Shown here in pieces: positions 17,920-20,728 of a stretch of DNA of 20,728 nt. The DNA comes from Opitutales bacterium. Lineage in GTDB: Bacteria > Verrucomicrobiota > Verrucomicrobiia > Opitutales > JABSRG01. The notes below the pieces were generated by a model. The model saw only the letters and a list, made by a program, of their open reading frames with translations, was not told where the DNA came from and searched no databases. A program made the position numbers and the translations under genes. Every line of letters begins with the position of its first letter. The first letter of the stretch is position 1. The stretch covers positions 1 through 20,728 of the forward strand of contig JBMYOQ010000070.1 in NCBI GenBank assembly GCA_049599475.1. The letters are read 5' to 3'.

Positions 17920-19137
17920 ATGAGTAGCAGTCGAGTCATAGGCGCCATCGAGATTGGAACATCCAAGGTAGTGGTATTAGTCGCTGAGGTGATCGACGGA
18001 TCTGCCTTAAACATCATAGCCCGCGCGGATTGCCCAACACATGGGATGCGCAAGGGGGAAATTATCGATTTCAAAGCGGTTTGTCAGTGTGCCCATGCTG
18101 CTATCCATGCTGCTGAAGAGCAGGCAGGCATCTCCTTGGAAGCAGTTTATCTGGCTCAGAGTGGACGCCATCTACAAGGCTGCTATACCGTTGGGATGAC
18201 TTCGATACAGGCGAGTGACCAGCGTGTCACACCACGCGATGTAGAGAAAGTGATAGAGCAAGCGAAGAGTAAGGAGCTCCCTGAAGGTCGTCTGTTTATC
18301 CATCATATCCGCAATGCATTTATCCTGGATGGTCAAATCGTGGAAGATCCAGTCGGTCTCCAAGGCGAACGTCTAGAGGTGGGCTATTGGTCTATCAGCG
18401 GTGATGAGCGTAGCCTTCATAATCAGATCCGAGTAATCAATGGCTTTGGCCTACGCGTTGAAGATATGATCGTCTCAAGCCTTGCGTCAGGTTCTCTTGT
18501 TCTGGGAGATGCCGAAAAGCAGGCGGGAGCGCTTGTGGTAGATATCGGTAGTGGCACTACGGATTATGCTGTGTTCAAGAATGGTTCTGTTGTGTGCACC
18601 GGAGTGGTGAGTGTGGGTGGCGATCACATTAGCAACGACCTAGCGATGGGGCTGCGAGTCAACCGTAAGCAAGCAGAATTTATCAAGAAGAAGCACGGCA
18701 AGTGCATCACCGAAAAGGAAGATAAGCAGTCAACGATATGGCTGTATGGTGATTACACGATCGGGGATCGAAAGATTACTCAATACGCGATCGCTCAAAT
18801 CATTCACGCGCGTCTGGATGAGCTTTTCTCAATCATCAAAAAGCAGTTGGGCTCCCTCTCGACTCCCGCCGAGATTCCATCCGGCGTTTTCCTCACGGGT
18901 GGCAGTGCTGCTTTGCCTGATATCTGCACCTTGGCGCAAATGCATTTCCAGGCGCCGAGCCATCTGGGTATGCCGCCTCGATGGGTCACCGAGGATCTGC
19001 GTACCAATGATTATATGACGGCGCTCGGGCTCCTGCATTATGGCCTGACCTCTCGCGAGGCAACGCCCACTCAATCGCAACAATCCAGCAATACCTTGAT
19101 TAAGAAGGTGGCCCGGATTCTAAATTTCAATCTGTAG
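17920..19137 (+). CDS. ftsA: Cell division protein FtsA (actin-like ATPase)
   Basis: IEIGTSK, GMRKGEIID, VVDIGSGTTD, VGGDHISNDLA, AEFIKKKHG, IIHARLDE, LTGGSA and a C-terminal amphipathic helix (LIKKVARILNF). ATG 17920 is preferred over TTG 17914. Confidence 0.96.
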   Translation: MSSSRVIGAIEIGTSKVVVLVAEVIDGSALNIIARADCPTHGMRKGEIIDFKAVCQCAHAAIHAAEEQAGISLEAVYLAQSGRHLQGCYTVGMTSIQASDQRVTPRDVEKVIEQAKSKELPEGRLFIHHIRNAFILDGQIVEDPVGLQGERLEVGYWSISGDERSLHNQIRVINGFGLRVEDMIVSSLASGSLVLGDAEKQAGALVVDIGSGTTDYAVFKNGSVVCTGVVSVGGDHISNDLAMGLRVNRKQAEFIKKKHGKCITEKEDKQSTIWLYGDYTIGDRKITQYAIAQIIHARLDELFSIIKKQLGSLSTPAEIPSGVFLTGGSAALPDICTLAQMHFQAPSHLGMPPRWVTEDLRTNDYMTALGLLHYGLTSREATPTQSQQSSNTLIKKVARILNFNL

Positions 19138-19148
19138 GGGATTAATCG

Positions 19149-20462
19149 ATGTCTGCATATAATTCAGAATCCGCGTTCGACCCTCAGATCTTGAGTGACC
19201 AAGTTCAGCAGACCCGCATCGCGATAGTCGGTGTGGGAGGCGCTGGAACACAGGTTGTAGATCGCTTACAACTTGGATCCTATTCGGCGGTGAAGCTAAT
19301 TGCGGCCAATACCGATGCCCAGGCCTTGGGTAATTCTGTTGCGCAAGAAAAGCTGTTACTTGGACGTAAATTAACCCGTGGGCTGGGAACCGGTGGTGAT
19401 AGTGATCGCGGACGCGAGGCGGCTGAGCAGGAAATGGGAGCCATTGAGCGCAGCCTGCAGGATATGGATTTAGTCTTCGTGGTGGCTAGTCTCGGAGGCG
19501 GTACCGGGTCAGGTGCAGCGCCTGTATTTGCGGACATAGCGAGGAAGCTCGGAGCGATGGTAATTGCTTTTGTGACCTATCCTTTTTCCTTCGAAGGACA
19601 GCGGCGCATCGAGGTCGCAGATGGGACCATTGCGAAGTTGCGCTCTCAATGCCAAGCTGTAATTCCGCTGCCTAATGATCTTCTGGTTCAAGGGGAAGAC
19701 GACGCGCAGAATATTTTGTCAGCATTCAGCCAGGGCGACCAGTGGATGGAATCTGGAATCCGGGCAATTTGCGGAATTATCCTCAAAACCGGACTTGTAA
19801 ATCATGATTTCGCATCAATCCAGCGCGTGCTGGGAGGTGTTGGGAATAAGACTTTGTTTGGTGTCGGAATTGGAGATGGTGAAGGAGCCGTAGACCAAGC
19901 GATTGCAGCTCTAACGCAATGTCCCCTTCTCCATGCGCCAGAAGGTGCGCATCGAGCTGAACGCCTCATCGTGAGCATAACCGGAGGTATGGATCTTGGC
20001 ATGAGCGATGTACACCGGATTGCCAATATCGTGAATGAGACTTTCCAGAGTAAGGATGAGACCTTGCTCGGAGCGATTATTGATGAAGATCGCAAGCAGC
20101 GCATCGAAATTTGTGTGCTGGGTGTGAGCGACATGGGGCACTCGGGTGTCCTGAAGGAGCGCAAAGAGATCCGAATTGCAGGTGAGCCTGAACCTCTCGA
20201 ACTGATCGAAATGGCGGAGCCGAAGCCCGCGCGCACATCGCCAACGAAAAAGGCCAAAGCGGAGAGCAAGGGTAAACGTGTCCATACCTCCAAGCTTGCG
20301 AAAAAGCAATCTAACGAAAATCGCGAGCAAGAGGAGTTCTCCTTTCTCTCGGAAGAGGAGCAACGTGGATTTTTTGATAAAACGGATCGCAATCTCTTTG
20401 ACGGAGCGGATTTGGATGTGCCCACTTATTTGAGGCGAGGCATCAAGATTTACCAGTGTTAG
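19149..20462 (+). CDS. ftsZ: Cell division protein FtsZ (divergent T7 loop)
   Basis: GVGGAG, NTDAQAL, TRGLGTGG, tubulin signature GGGTGSG, PFSFEG.RR, PND, GLVNHDFAS and C-terminal peptide LDVPTYLRR. Follows ftsA, with AGGGG 8 nt upstream of the ATG. Confidence 0.97.
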   Translation: MSAYNSESAFDPQILSDQVQQTRIAIVGVGGAGTQVVDRLQLGSYSAVKLIAANTDAQALGNSVAQEKLLLGRKLTRGLGTGGDSDRGREAAEQEMGAIERSLQDMDLVFVVASLGGGTGSGAAPVFADIARKLGAMVIAFVTYPFSFEGQRRIEVADGTIAKLRSQCQAVIPLPNDLLVQGEDDAQNILSAFSQGDQWMESGIRAICGIILKTGLVNHDFASIQRVLGGVGNKTLFGVGIGDGEGAVDQAIAALTQCPLLHAPEGAHRAERLIVSITGGMDLGMSDVHRIANIVNETFQSKDETLLGAIIDEDRKQRIEICVLGVSDMGHSGVLKERKEIRIAGEPEPLELIEMAEPKPARTSPTKKAKAESKGKRVHTSKLAKKQSNENREQEEFSFLSEEEQRGFFDKTDRNLFDGADLDVPTYLRRGIKIYQC

Positions 20463-20517
20463 TCTAATTTTAGCCTAGGGACCTGTTTTGTAGGCGGTTC
20501 TGGCTCGCTAAATTCAC

Positions 20518-20549
20518 GCAGATTTCACGGGGAGGTCTGCTATTTGCTT
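20518..20549 (+). terminator. Candidate intrinsic terminator after ftsZ
   Basis: GCAGATTTC-acggg-GAGGTCTGC forms a 9-bp stem with 2 G.U pairs (20518-20540), followed by TATTTGCTT. The U tract is imperfect. Confidence 0.45.
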
Positions 20550-20728
20550 AGCAGTGAAGCTACTGTTGAGTAGTGATGAAATCAGCGAAGGGAGTGTGCG
20601 CGTTCGCGAGTGTAGGTTGTGAATACTCTGGGAAATCAAACGGATTTGCCCTGGTAATCAGCCTCGTATTGATATCATACCAGTTCGAATAATTATTGAG
20701 CTTTATGGTTATATGGTTTTGTCTACGG

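Noticed and set aside
17947..17970. FtsA phosphate-1 motif reads EIGTSK rather than DIGT
   Set aside because: E. coli FtsA also has Glu here (LEIGTAK), so it is not unusual.
19802..20425. 207-aa antisense ORF (also 7578-8156, 16850-17383, 19911-20363 and the other short overlapping ORFs)
   Set aside because: These are shadows of conserved + strand genes, often Ser/Arg-rich, with no recognisable motifs.
20560..20727. Stop-free - strand frame of about 55 codons running off the right edge (..NPFDFPEYSQPTLANAHTPFADFITTQQ*)
   Set aside because: It could be the 3' end of a convergent gene, but there is no recognisable motif and this length can occur by chance. Flanking sequence is needed, and + strand ATGs at 20705 and 20713 are equally unverifiable.

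Overview
This window is an intact bacterial division/cell-wall (dcw) cluster on the + strand: mraZ, rsmH, ftsL-like, ftsI, murE, murF, mraY, murD, a 3xLysM gene, ftsW, murG, a murC-murB fusion, ddl, ftsQ, ftsA and ftsZ. A divergent tlyA-family rRNA methyltransferase gene lies on the - strand. The murC-murB fusion, the LysM gene between murD and ftsW, and the divergent FtsZ suggest Verrucomicrobiota, probably Opitutia (inference, no search run). No mobile element, CRISPR array, tRNA or rRNA is evident, so this is core genome and I found no wholly new system. The most notable details are: (i) FtsZ has Ser in place of the catalytic T7-loop Asp (NHDFAS vs NxDFAD); (ii) the MurC-MurB fusion has a compacted MurC and a Cys-type MurB; (iii) the cluster carries a membrane-anchored, apparently non-catalytic LysM protein; (iv) 10-bp-phased MraZ operator repeats precede mraZ; (v) a short ORF with an SD-like G-run overlaps the rsmH start; (vi) strand-specific hairpin sets sit at both ends of the window. 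All calls come from motif recognition by eye.
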